Shown in pieces: positions 32,426 through 41,339 of a stretch of 64,000 bases of DNA. The notes under the pieces were generated by a model that was not told where the DNA came from, did not search any database, and was given only the letters and a program-made list of their open reading frames with translations. The DNA is taken from contig CAWJKZ010000014.1 in NCBI GenBank assembly GCA_963843575.1, positions 544,001 to 608,000 of the forward strand. Reading direction: 5' to 3'. This DNA is from an uncultured Acidobacteriota bacterium. GTDB lineage: Bacteria > Acidobacteriota > UBA6911. Position numbers and translations under genes: made by a program. How positions within the stretch are numbered: position 1 is the stretch's first letter; each line of letters begins with the position of its first letter.

Positions 32426-34159
32426 CTAGGTGAATCTCCTCAGCTCTTCGATTCGAGCTTCGAGTTGTTCGGGCGGCAGGTCGCGGAAGCGCGGGGGCAG
32501 GAAGCGGCTGTCGGTGCATTCTCGTACCGCGACCAGATCCATGTACTCCAGCTTGCGCGTGTGCGCGCTCGGGCGCACCTCTCTGAAGACCTCGGCCAGC
32601 GTCTCCTTCAGCGGCCGCCGCGGCGCCGGCGTCAGCTCGTGCACGCGCAGTGCCCGGACGAGCACCCCTTCGATCTCGTTCCCCCCCAGGGCGGCGTGGC
32701 CAGCGAGCTCCGGCAGGTCCTGTTCCGCCAAGGGGAACTTGAGCTTGCGCGCCACCGACAGCAGCAGCGCCCGCAACTCCTCGGGGCTCTCGGGCGGGAA
32801 GAGCGGGATGTGAACGTCGAGGCGGCCCTGCCGTTTCAGATCGACCTCGAGCAGGTCGGGCCGGGACGTGGCAAAGACCCAGAGTATCCGGCCCCGGTTG
32901 CGCGTGTCCGACATCTCCTTGGCCAGCATCGAGTAGACGCGGCCCGAAAGGCCGCTGTCGGAGTCGCCCCCACCGCGCTTCCCGGCGGCCTGATCGGCCT
33001 CGTCCACGAAGACGACCACCTGCCCGAGCGCCCTCAGCACGGAAAAGATCTTCTCGAGGTTGGACTCGGTCGCCCCGACCCAGCGGTCCCGGAAGTTCTT
33101 GAACACGACGCAGGGTATCCCCAGCTCCCCGGCCCAGCACTGCACCAGGAAGGTCTTCCCGGTGCCGATACGGCCCGTGATGAGGTAGCCCATCGGCAAC
33201 GCGTGCAGGGTCCCGCGCCGCAGCAATTCCGCGTCGTCGCGCAGCCACGATTTCACCGCGTCGGAGCCGGCGACGTTGTCCAGGGTGAAGGGCGATTCCA
33301 GGAACTCGAGCAGGTCCTGGCACTCTTTCTCGATCTGCTCCTTTTTCATCCGGGACAGCCATGCGGACGAGACGGTGCGGCCGGTTTTCAGCGCCATGGC
33401 GAGAACGGTGCGCGCCCCGACCCGGCTGAGCCCTGTCAGCCGCCGCCCGAGGACGTCCATCGGGACCTCGCACCGGGACGGGAGTTCGGGCAGGGTGGTC
33501 GCAACCAATCCCTCGAGGTACCGGCACATCTCCGGCTCGTCCGGCAGCGGCATCCGCAGGGTGCGCGCGTGCGGGTTCCGCACGATCAGATCGTTCAGGT
33601 CGTGCAGCCCCTCGGTGAGCAGCACCGTGACGATGTTGGACTGCAGGATGGCGGGGTCGTTGGCCCAACCCAGCACCTTCACGACGTTGGAGCTGAAGGG
33701 CCCGCCGAGCTGGATCGGATCGCCTCGCGGCACCACGAACTCGGCGAAATCGATGATCACGGCGATCCGGCGCGAGCCGCCGGCGTCGCGCCCGCGCAGC
33801 GACTGGAGGTTCAGGGTGCGCAGCAGGTACCGGTCGATCAGCTCCATCGCGGGGCCCGGCTCACGCGTCTGACCGATGGTGAAGGCCTGTTCTCCCAGAG
33901 CCTGCTTGAGCCAGTCCGCCCAGTCCTCGGCGCCACGGGTCGCCCGGATGCCCTTCCCGCGGTCGTAATGCAGCACCGTGTCGTACGTCTCGAACATGAC
34001 CTCTTCGAGAAAGGCCTTCAGCGACAGCAGCCGCGGCCCCGACGGGCCGACGGCGGGAACGACGTCGAATATGTTTCCGTGCACGACGAATTGGGCCACC
34101 GAACCCGACTTGAACAGGTCGCGCATTTCGGCCGCCCAGGACGGCAGTTCAGGACTCAT
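32426..34159 (-). CDS. AAA+ ATPase with a degenerate N-terminal AAA-like domain and an active C-terminal domain
   Basis: C-terminal Walker A GRIGTGKT, pore loop RWVG, Walker B VVFVDEAD and SRH ATSRPD...KRQGRLD; N-terminal QFVVHGN and AVIIDFAE look like eroded Walker motifs. Confidence 0.9.
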   Translation of the reverse strand: MSPELPSWAAEMRDLFKSGSVAQFVVHGNIFDVVPAVGPSGPRLLSLKAFLEEVMFETYDTVLHYDRGKGIRATRGAEDWADWLKQALGEQAFTIGQTREPGPAMELIDRYLLRTLNLQSLRGRDAGGSRRIAVIIDFAEFVVPRGDPIQLGGPFSSNVVKVLGWANDPAILQSNIVTVLLTEGLHDLNDLIVRNPHARTLRMPLPDEPEMCRYLEGLVATTLPELPSRCEVPMDVLGRRLTGLSRVGARTVLAMALKTGRTVSSAWLSRMKKEQIEKECQDLLEFLESPFTLDNVAGSDAVKSWLRDDAELLRRGTLHALPMGYLITGRIGTGKTFLVQCWAGELGIPCVVFKNFRDRWVGATESNLEKIFSVLRALGQVVVFVDEADQAAGKRGGGDSDSGLSGRVYSMLAKEMSDTRNRGRILWVFATSRPDLLEVDLKRQGRLDVHIPLFPPESPEELRALLLSVARKLKFPLAEQDLPELAGHAALGGNEIEGVLVRALRVHELTPAPRRPLKETLAEVFREVRPSAHTRKLEYMDLVAVRECTDSRFLPPRFRDLPPEQLEARIEELRRFT

Positions 34160-34192
34160 GCAATCTCCGCGGGCACACCCTCCGCTGCGGGG

Positions 34193-35053
34193 CTACTGCG
34201 ATTCAGAAGCCGGAACGTTGACGGAGAGCGGGGGAGGCTCCGCCAGCAGGTCCTCCACGGCGCCGTAGATCTGTTGCTGCTCCTTCATCCACTCGGTGGT
34301 TCCCCCGAGTGTCGTCGTGATCTGATCTATGCGCTGCGACAGGGCTTCCGGGTCGGCGGCCAAGACCGCCTGCTCGCGCACGAGCTCGACCTGATCCTGT
34401 ATCCGCGTCAACTCCGCGTCGAGGAAGGCCAGCTTGTCGCGCGCCTCCTGCCTCTTCTGGAGGCGTTGCTGCAGGATCTCCGCCTGACCGGTGAGGCTGC
34501 GCCGCAACTCCTCTCCCATCGCTTCGTCTTTCAGGCGGCTCTCCAGGCCCGAGATGCGCTGCCGCAGGCGCTCCGTATCCTCCTGCGTGTTGTCGGCGCT
34601 CCGTACGATGCGCTCGATGGCCTGCCGGGCGAGGAGCAGCCGCAGGTAGACCCAGAGCAGCCGGCCCAGACCCTGCCCCTGGGCGTCGATGCCCGATGCC
34701 GGGGCGTTGAGCCGGTACTGTTGTTCGAGGATGGCCCGGCAACGCACGTCGAGTTCCCGGTACCGTCGCTGGCCGTCGGGCCCGAGCTGGGCGACCAGCT
34801 GATCGACGCGTTGCTGCCACGTGCGCCTCTCTTTCCACTGCAGCGTGGCGTCGACAAAACGTTGGAAGCGGTTGTTGGTCGAAAGGGCGCCGAGGTAGGC
34901 TAACTCCAGGCCCAGGCCCATCACCCAGAACCCGGGGCTGACCAGGCCCAGCAGGACGAACGCGCCGATGCCGACCCAGTTCGGCGGTACGAACATACCG
35001 ATGGGCCGGGCGTGGAAAGCCTCGCGAATATAGTCCGAGAATCCCGGTTTCAT
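34193..35053 (-). CDS. Hypothetical membrane-anchored coiled-coil protein
   Basis: N-terminal hydrophobic hairpin (WVGIGAFVLLGLV, FWVMGLGLELAYL) then long heptad repeats; ATGA overlap with the ABC ATPase. Confidence 0.8.
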   Translation of the reverse strand: MKPGFSDYIREAFHARPIGMFVPPNWVGIGAFVLLGLVSPGFWVMGLGLELAYLGALSTNNRFQRFVDATLQWKERRTWQQRVDQLVAQLGPDGQRRYRELDVRCRAILEQQYRLNAPASGIDAQGQGLGRLLWVYLRLLLARQAIERIVRSADNTQEDTERLRQRISGLESRLKDEAMGEELRRSLTGQAEILQQRLQKRQEARDKLAFLDAELTRIQDQVELVREQAVLAADPEALSQRIDQITTTLGGTTEWMKEQQQIYGAVEDLLAEPPPLSVNVPASESQ

Positions 35054-35913
35054 ACGCCAACCCGAGGGGGCCCCGCGCCGGCGCCCGCCGGGAGCCCCAC
35101 CGCTTCCGAAACGCGGCGGAAGGCTTCCGTGACGACCGACACGGCGTTTTTGAATTCCGGCCGCTCTTGCGCCACGAGCGGAGGGATCTCCACGCTGCGC
35201 GGAATGGATTCGGAAATATCATAAGCGATCTGCCCCGGGGCGTGGGTAAATATCCACACCCGCTCCCCCAGGTAAACCGCTTCGGTCACGCTGTGGGTCA
35301 CGCACAGGATTGTCGGGTGGACGCGGTGCCAGAGCCGCACGACCAGTTCCTGCATCTCGAGGCGAGTGGGTTCGTCCAGCGCGGAAAACGGCTCGTCCAT
35401 GAGGAGGATCCGCGGCTCCATGGCGAGCGAGCGGGCGATCGCAACCCGCTGCTGCTGGCCTCCGGACAGCTGGTGGGGGTATTTTGCGGCGTGATCGGCC
35501 AGACCGACCCGCTCCAGCAGTTCCTCGACGCGGGCCCTGCGTCCGGCGCCGTCCAGCGGCAACCCCTTCCTGTTGATGTCCAGACCGAACATGACGTTCT
35601 GAAAAACGGTCAGGTGGGGGAAAGAACTGTACTGCTGAAAGATCATGCCCCGGTCGCGGCCCGGCCCCTGTACGGGCTTCCCTTTGACGAGCACCTCCCC
35701 GCCGGTCGGCAGCAGGAACCCGGCGATGAGGTTCAGCATCGTGCTCTTGCCGCAACCCGACGGTCCGATGATGGTGATGAACTCGCCGTGGTCGGGAACG
35801 TCCGGGACGGCCACCGAGATGTCGTTCAGGGCGAGAAATTGGCCGAACCGGACGCTGGCGTCGCGCAGCTCGACGACGGGCGGGACCCGGCGCGCATCGG
35901 TTGTGAGCGTCAT
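35050..35913 (-). CDS. ABC ATPase, NitT/TauT (TauB/SsuB-like) family
   Basis: GPSGCGKST, IFQQYSSFPHL, YPHQLSGGQQQR, LLMDEPFSALD and VTHSVTEAVYL. Confidence 0.95.
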   Translation of the reverse strand: MTLTTDARRVPPVVELRDASVRFGQFLALNDISVAVPDVPDHGEFITIIGPSGCGKSTMLNLIAGFLLPTGGEVLVKGKPVQGPGRDRGMIFQQYSSFPHLTVFQNVMFGLDINRKGLPLDGAGRRARVEELLERVGLADHAAKYPHQLSGGQQQRVAIARSLAMEPRILLMDEPFSALDEPTRLEMQELVVRLWHRVHPTILCVTHSVTEAVYLGERVWIFTHAPGQIAYDISESIPRSVEIPPLVAQERPEFKNAVSVVTEAFRRVSEAVGLPAGAGAGPPRVGV

Positions 35914-36734
35914 CTTCGATCCCTTCGGTACGGAAACAGCACGCCCCCCAGCCGGGCCCATCCGAGGTCGGCAACCCACGCGATCAGGGTGATGATGACG
36001 ATCACCAGGTACACCCGTCCGGACATCGCACGCCGCCGCGCGGTGTCGATCAGGTCGCCGAGCCCCCCCGCCTTGACGACCACCTCGGCCAGGACGAGAT
36101 AGGTCCACCCGACCCCGAACGCCAGCCGCATCGAGTGCCAGATCTCCGGTGCGGCGACAGGCACGAGGACCCGGCGGATCACCTGCCAGCGCCCTGCCCC
36201 GAGGGTGTATGCGGTCCTCAGATAGACGTCCGGGACCGCGTCGATGGCGTTGACTACAGCCGGCAGCAGGAAAATGGAGAAGGCGAGGGCCAGAAACACC
36301 ACTTTCTGAATCTCGTCCACGCCGAACCACGACATGGTCAACGGGACCAGCGTGGCGATCGGTATGTACCCGCTGGCCGTCACCAGCGGACCGAAGGTGC
36401 TCCGCGCGCTTCCGAAGGCCCCCATGACGATCCCCAGCGGGAGCACCACGGCCAGCGCCAGGATGAACCCGAGCCCGACCCGGGTCAGGCTGATGATCGT
36501 GTGGTCCAGCAGCCCACGGTTGTCCTGATCGCTGCTGCCTACCAGGTCCTTCAGGCTGTCGACCACTTCGGCGGGGCTCGGGAGGATCGTGGGGCCGAGC
36601 ACGCGCTCTTCGGCCGCCCCCCGGGTGGCATACCACCACAGGATCACGAGGACGAGGATGGGCACCAGACCGAGCACCAGCGCCGCACCGCGGGGAACGC
36701 GGCCGCGTATTGCCACGAACCATCTCGGAAGCAT
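35910..36734 (-). CDS. ABC permease, NitT/TauT (TauC/SsuC-like) family
   Basis: ILPSPAEV, multiple TM segments, EAA-like loop AYTLGA and LAEVV..GGLG. Confidence 0.92.
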   Translation of the reverse strand: MLPRWFVAIRGRVPRGAALVLGLVPILVLVILWWYATRGAAEERVLGPTILPSPAEVVDSLKDLVGSSDQDNRGLLDHTIISLTRVGLGFILALAVVLPLGIVMGAFGSARSTFGPLVTASGYIPIATLVPLTMSWFGVDEIQKVVFLALAFSIFLLPAVVNAIDAVPDVYLRTAYTLGAGRWQVIRRVLVPVAAPEIWHSMRLAFGVGWTYLVLAEVVVKAGGLGDLIDTARRRAMSGRVYLVIVIITLIAWVADLGWARLGGVLFPYRRDRR

Positions 36735-36850
36735 GGGAGAGACATTAAGCAAGTACAACTCCGGTGTCAACTGCCGCGCCGCAACTCACTCCCGGCCGTG
36801 ACCTATACGCGGAATTCCAGCGGTTTATTCAGTTGTGAACGGCAATATCC

Positions 36851-37041
36851 TCAAGTGGGTCCGGGCTGAAGAGGCTGTCCAACGATTGAACTGGCCGCGC
36901 CGCGGCGCCCGCGAAACCAGAGTCGGGTCCGGTGCTTCACGACTCGGCACGTCTTTAGGCGATCTGCATCCTGATTGGACGACAGGTCGATCTCGAATAG
37001 CGACCGCAAACTGCGTCCGGGTGAAGCCCGGGCCCACTTGA
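36851..37041. ncRNA. Candidate structured RNA (or small IR-bounded element), 191 nt
   Basis: Ends pair: TCAAGTGGGTCCGGGCT (36851-36867) with AGCCCGGGCCCACTTGA (37025-37041), 16/17; inner helices GTCCAA/TTGGAC, GAGTCG/CGACTC and GGTCG/CGACC. Family not recognised. Confidence 0.5.
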
Positions 37042-37066
37042 TTCAACTCTGTGTGTCGGTTGTGGA

Positions 37067-38008
37067 CTAGCTGTTGACGGCCACCTGACCCCCGCAGGGG
37101 ACGGAACCCAGGACCACCTGGTTGCGCCCCATGGATTTGGCGCGGTACAGGGCCGCGTCGGCCACGCGGATCAGGCCGTTCACGTCGGTGGCGTCATCAA
37201 ACGACCCGCAGGCCACTCCGGCGCTTATGGTCACCCGGACGTCGCCCTCGGGTAGCACCACCGGTTCGCACATGACTGAAGCCCGTACGCGTTCCGCGTT
37301 GCCGACGCCGTCGGCGGCATCACATCCGGGCATCAGGATGAGGAACTCCTCCCCACCGTAGCGCCCGATGAGGTCGTAACGGCGTACCGCACGGCGGAGA
37401 CGCTGCGCAATGTCGACGAGCACGACGTCGCCCGTAAGGTGGCCGTAGGTGTCGTTGATGACCTTGAAGTGGTCGACATCGGCGAGGATGATCCCGAGGC
37501 AAGAGCGGTCGCGGCCGGAGCGGTCGAGTTCCCGACGGAGCTGTTCCAGTACCTCGGCCCGGCTGTAGAGCCCGGTGAGGCTGTCGTGGGAGACCATGTA
37601 GCGGAGGGATTCGCGCGTGGCCAGCAACTGTCCCTGCAGCTCGATGATGCGGCGGCCGGCATTCAGCCGCATCCGCAGTTCCTGAGGGTCGAACGGTTTC
37701 GAGACGTAATCGTCCGCTCCCGCTCCCATGCCGTGGATGACGTCGGCCTTCTGGGTCTTCGAGGTCAACAGCATGAGGTAGCGGTAGGGTTCGCCCAACT
37801 GCTCCCGGACTTTGCGGCAGACGTCGATGCCGTCCATGCCCGGCATGATCCAGTCGAGGATGGCCAGTTCCGGGCCGTTGTCGGCCGATAGTAATGCCCA
37901 GGCCTCTACTCCGTCGCAGGCGGTTACGACCTCGTAACCCCAGCGTACGAGCGTCTCCTTGAGGATGTGCCGGGAGATCTCGTCGTCTTCCGCAAGCAGC
38001 ACTTTCAA
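37067..38008 (-). CDS. Response-regulator diguanylate cyclase (REC-GGDEF)
   Basis: LLAEDD, LDWIMPGMDG, GADDYVSKPF, HDSLTGL, DVDHFKVINDTYGH, I-site RRYD and RYGGEEF; TTG start overlaps the upstream stop. Confidence 0.93.
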   Translation of the reverse strand: MKVLLAEDDEISRHILKETLVRWGYEVVTACDGVEAWALLSADNGPELAILDWIMPGMDGIDVCRKVREQLGEPYRYLMLLTSKTQKADVIHGMGAGADDYVSKPFDPQELRMRLNAGRRIIELQGQLLATRESLRYMVSHDSLTGLYSRAEVLEQLRRELDRSGRDRSCLGIILADVDHFKVINDTYGHLTGDVVLVDIAQRLRRAVRRYDLIGRYGGEEFLILMPGCDAADGVGNAERVRASVMCEPVVLPEGDVRVTISAGVACGSFDDATDVNGLIRVADAALYRAKSMGRNQVVLGSVPCGGQVAVNS

Positions 38009-41000
38009 GCCAGCATCCCCTGCCCCAATTCCTCCGCAACGGGCACAAAACGTTCGATCTCGGACTTCAACTCGGTAAAGGCCCGACGCGCTTCGTCCGG
38101 GAGTCGCTCCCGGCCCGCCGCCTCCAGGCGGGCCGCGGCCTCGACCGCAGGTTGGGCACCAAAGTTCGCAATGCTGCCCTTGACGGAATGGGCGGTGCGT
38201 TCGAGCAGGACGAAATCCTCGTGCTCGATGGCTTCCCGAAGTTGTTGAAGGAGGCCGCCGGCCTTTTCCCGGAACAACCGGAGCGCCTTCAGGAGAAACT
38301 CGCCGTCGTTGCCGAACCGGGCCACGACCTCGTCGAGGTTGACGATATCGCGCGAGAGTGTCGCCTCGACCTTCCGGGCTTCGGTAGAGGATCTGAGTCC
38401 GCCCTGCGCGATCGATTCGATCGTCTGAAGCAGTTCTGCCGGGTGGATCGGCTTGGACAGGTACCGGTCCATGCCGGCGGCCAGGCAACGTTCCCGGTCG
38501 CCCTTCATGGTGTGGGCGGTCATCGCGACGACCGGAACTTGCGCTAGGACCGGGTCATCCAGCTTCCGGATGGCCGCAGTCGCCTCGAAGCCGTCCATGA
38601 CGGGCATCTGCACGTCCATCAGGACAAGGTCGAAACGGCCTCGTTTCAGGGCCTCGACCGCGAGCAGGCCGTTGTCGACAACGACCGTTTGATGGCCGCG
38701 CTTTTCCAGGACCCGATACACAATCTGCTGGTTGATCGCGTTGTCCTCAGCGACGAGGATGCGGAGGCAATCCGGCGCGGTCGAGGAAGGGCCGTCCGCC
38801 GACGGCCCGGACAGAGAACCGGTCTTCCCCGCCAGCTCGCAGATGCGAATTCAGCAGATCCGACTGGACAACGGGTTTCCTCAGGAATGCGTCGACACCG
38901 TACTCACTGTATTCGCGCAGACCGCCGAGGTTGGCCGACGTCAGCAGCAGGATGCGCAGTCGCGCCAGCCGAGGGTTCTGCCGGATGCGGCGCGCGACCT
39001 CCAAACCGTCCATTCCCGGCATCATGGTATCGAGCGAGCACGATCCGGAAAGGATCGGGCGAGTCCAGGGCGGCCTCCAGCAGCTTCAGCCCGGAAGGAC
39101 CGTCCACCGCCAGTTTCGGGCGCATCCCCCAGTTCAGGAGCATCGCCTGCAGTATTCTGCGGTTGACCTGGTTGTCGTCGACGACGAGTACGGGCAGATC
39201 GTGCAGCTCCTGAGGGTCAGCCCCCTTATCGAAACGCCTCCGCGGCAACCTGGAACAGTACGGTGAAGTGGAACTCGCTCCCGCGTCCCGGCTCGCTGTC
39301 GACCCAGATCTCGCCCCCCATCATCGCGACCAGCTTCGACGAGATCGTCAGCCCGAGGCCGGTTCCGCCGTACTTCCGGGTCATGGAACCATCGGCCTGC
39401 GAAAACGCCTTGAAAATCACTTCCTGTTTCTCGGGCGGGATTCCGATGCCGGTGTCGGTGATGGCGAAATGCAGCGCGACGCAATCCTCGGAATGCGCCT
39501 CGGAATCGATGTGGACGATGACGTCTCCGCGCTCGGTGAACTTGATCGCGTTCCCCACGAGGTTCAGCACAACCTGACGCAGCCGGTCCGGGTCGCCGAT
39601 CAGGGCATCGGGGACCGTGGGGAGCACGTTGCACGACAGCTCGAGCCCTTTCTGATGGGCCCGCATCGCGAGCATCTTGAGGGCAGTCCCCAGCGTGTCG
39701 CGCAGCCGGAATTCGACCGGGTCGAGTTCGAGCTTTCCGGCTTCGATCTTGGAAAAATCGAGGATGTCGTTCAACAGCCCGAGCAGCGAGTCGGCTGACA
39801 CCTTCACGGTCTGCATGTACTCGCGCTGTTCCCGGCTCAGCGACGTATCGAGCAGGAGTTCGGTCATCCCGATGATTCCGTTCATCGGGGTGCGGATCTC
39901 GTGGCTCATGTTCGCCAGGAACTCGCTCTTGGCGCGGCTCGCGGACTCGGCCGCCTCTTTGGCCCTTCTCAGTTCCTCGGCTACCTTCTTTCGCTCCGTG
40001 ATGTCCTCGACAAACCCCTCGAAGTAGAGCGGTTCGCCGTCTTCATCGGTGACGGTGCGGGCCTTCTCCGAGGTCCAGATGATGGTGCCGTCCCTGCGGT
40101 AGACGCGCGACTCGAAGCCGGTGATGGAACCGTTTTCCCTGGTCAGGCGGACGAATTTCTCCCGGCGACCTTCTTCGACGTATATTCGGCGGCTTGCACC
40201 CCGGCTGGCGATGAGCTCTTCAGGCGAATTGTATCCATAGATCCGGGCAAGCGCCGGGTTGCAGGTGAGGAAACGCCCGTCGAGGGTGGTCTGGAAGACT
40301 CCCTCCTGTGCGTTCTCGAAAATGGCGCGGTACTTGGCCTCGGCCTCCCGCAGGGCCCGTTCCGTGTCCTTGCGGCCCGTCGCATCTCGAGCGATCCCAT
40401 GGACCCCGGTCGTCACGCCGTTCACCACGATCGGGCGCGCGCTCACTTCAACTGCGACACGCCGCCCATCCTTGGCGCATATCACCAGGTCGCAGGTCGT
40501 GCCGCACTCCGGGCCTGCCATTGACCCCATCAGGCCGCGCGCCCTGTCGAGATCTTCGGCTGTCACGATCTGGGCGAAGTTCATACCCAGGGCTTCCTGC
40601 TTGGAGTACCCCGTGACCCGTTCGATGGCGGAGTTGACGGAGGTGAGGTTGCCCTCCGGGTCGAGCGTGTAGATGATGTCGGTGGTGTTGTCGAACAGCG
40701 AGGCGATCCAGGCTTCGTCCTGGCAGCGTGCGGCTTTGGCGGCGACGGCAGCGTTTGCATCGCGGAAAAAACCGACCAGCCCAGTAATTTGTCCCAAGGA
40801 ATCCCGGAGTGGAGCTTTCGTGTAAGAGACCCAGGCGAGACTGGCACCGGGATGAAGCGTCGGGGCGATCCTTTCGGTCAGGGGCACACCGGTTTCCAGG
40901 ATGCGCTGTTCCTCGGCAAAGAAAGCCTCGGCCTGATCGATGCCCAGATAATCAAAGTCCGTCCTGCCAACCACTTCGGCGGGATCCATGACGCCAAGCG

Positions 41001-41145
41001 CCTCGGCGTACGGGCGGTTTACCTTGATGTACCGGGATTCGGTGTCCTTGAAACAGACGCCGTGGGAAACACAATCCATGAGCCCCTGCAGCAACTCGCC
41101 GGCATCTGGACGGCTGTTTCCGCGGACATCATTGTTTTCGGGCAT
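38005..41145 (-). CDS. Hybrid sensor histidine kinase (3 PAS, HisKA, HATPase, 2 REC, Hpt); indels near 39240, 39030 and 38845
   Basis: FLANMSHEIRTPMNG, NLVGNAIKFT, DTGIGI, GGTGLGL, VVDDN, VAEDN, MDVQMPVMDG and Hpt AHSVKGS. Confidence 0.9.
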
Positions 41146-41339
41146 ATAGGAGAAGCGCCTCCCGCCTGGAGCCGCATGTGAGCCGGGTCTGCTGTCGGCG
41201 GCAGTTCGGCGCAAAAATACAGCGCTGCCTCTATTCAGTTCCAGACTGTCTTTTCGGCTTCCGCCGGAATTTGTCTTAGGCCAAATCGGGGCAAACGCCC
41301 GGTTGAGTCTCGACCGGGCGCATTTGATTGTGCTTTCTC

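Noticed and set aside
32426-34159. AAA ATPase as an anti-phage defence or MoxR-type protein
   Set aside because: There is no nuclease or effector neighbour, and the motifs are classical-clade AAA rather than MoxR or STAND.
32465-34903. Long antisense or alternate-frame ORFs (for example 32465-34903 +, 29133-30674 +, 11947-13515 +, 50090-51592 +)
   Set aside because: These are shadow ORFs typical of high-GC DNA; they overlap well-supported genes and carry no motifs.
36860-36950. Hammerhead ribozyme (CTGAAGA ... CGAAAC on the + strand)
   Set aside because: Stem II does not pair beyond one base pair, and the required UH cleavage site after stem III is absent.
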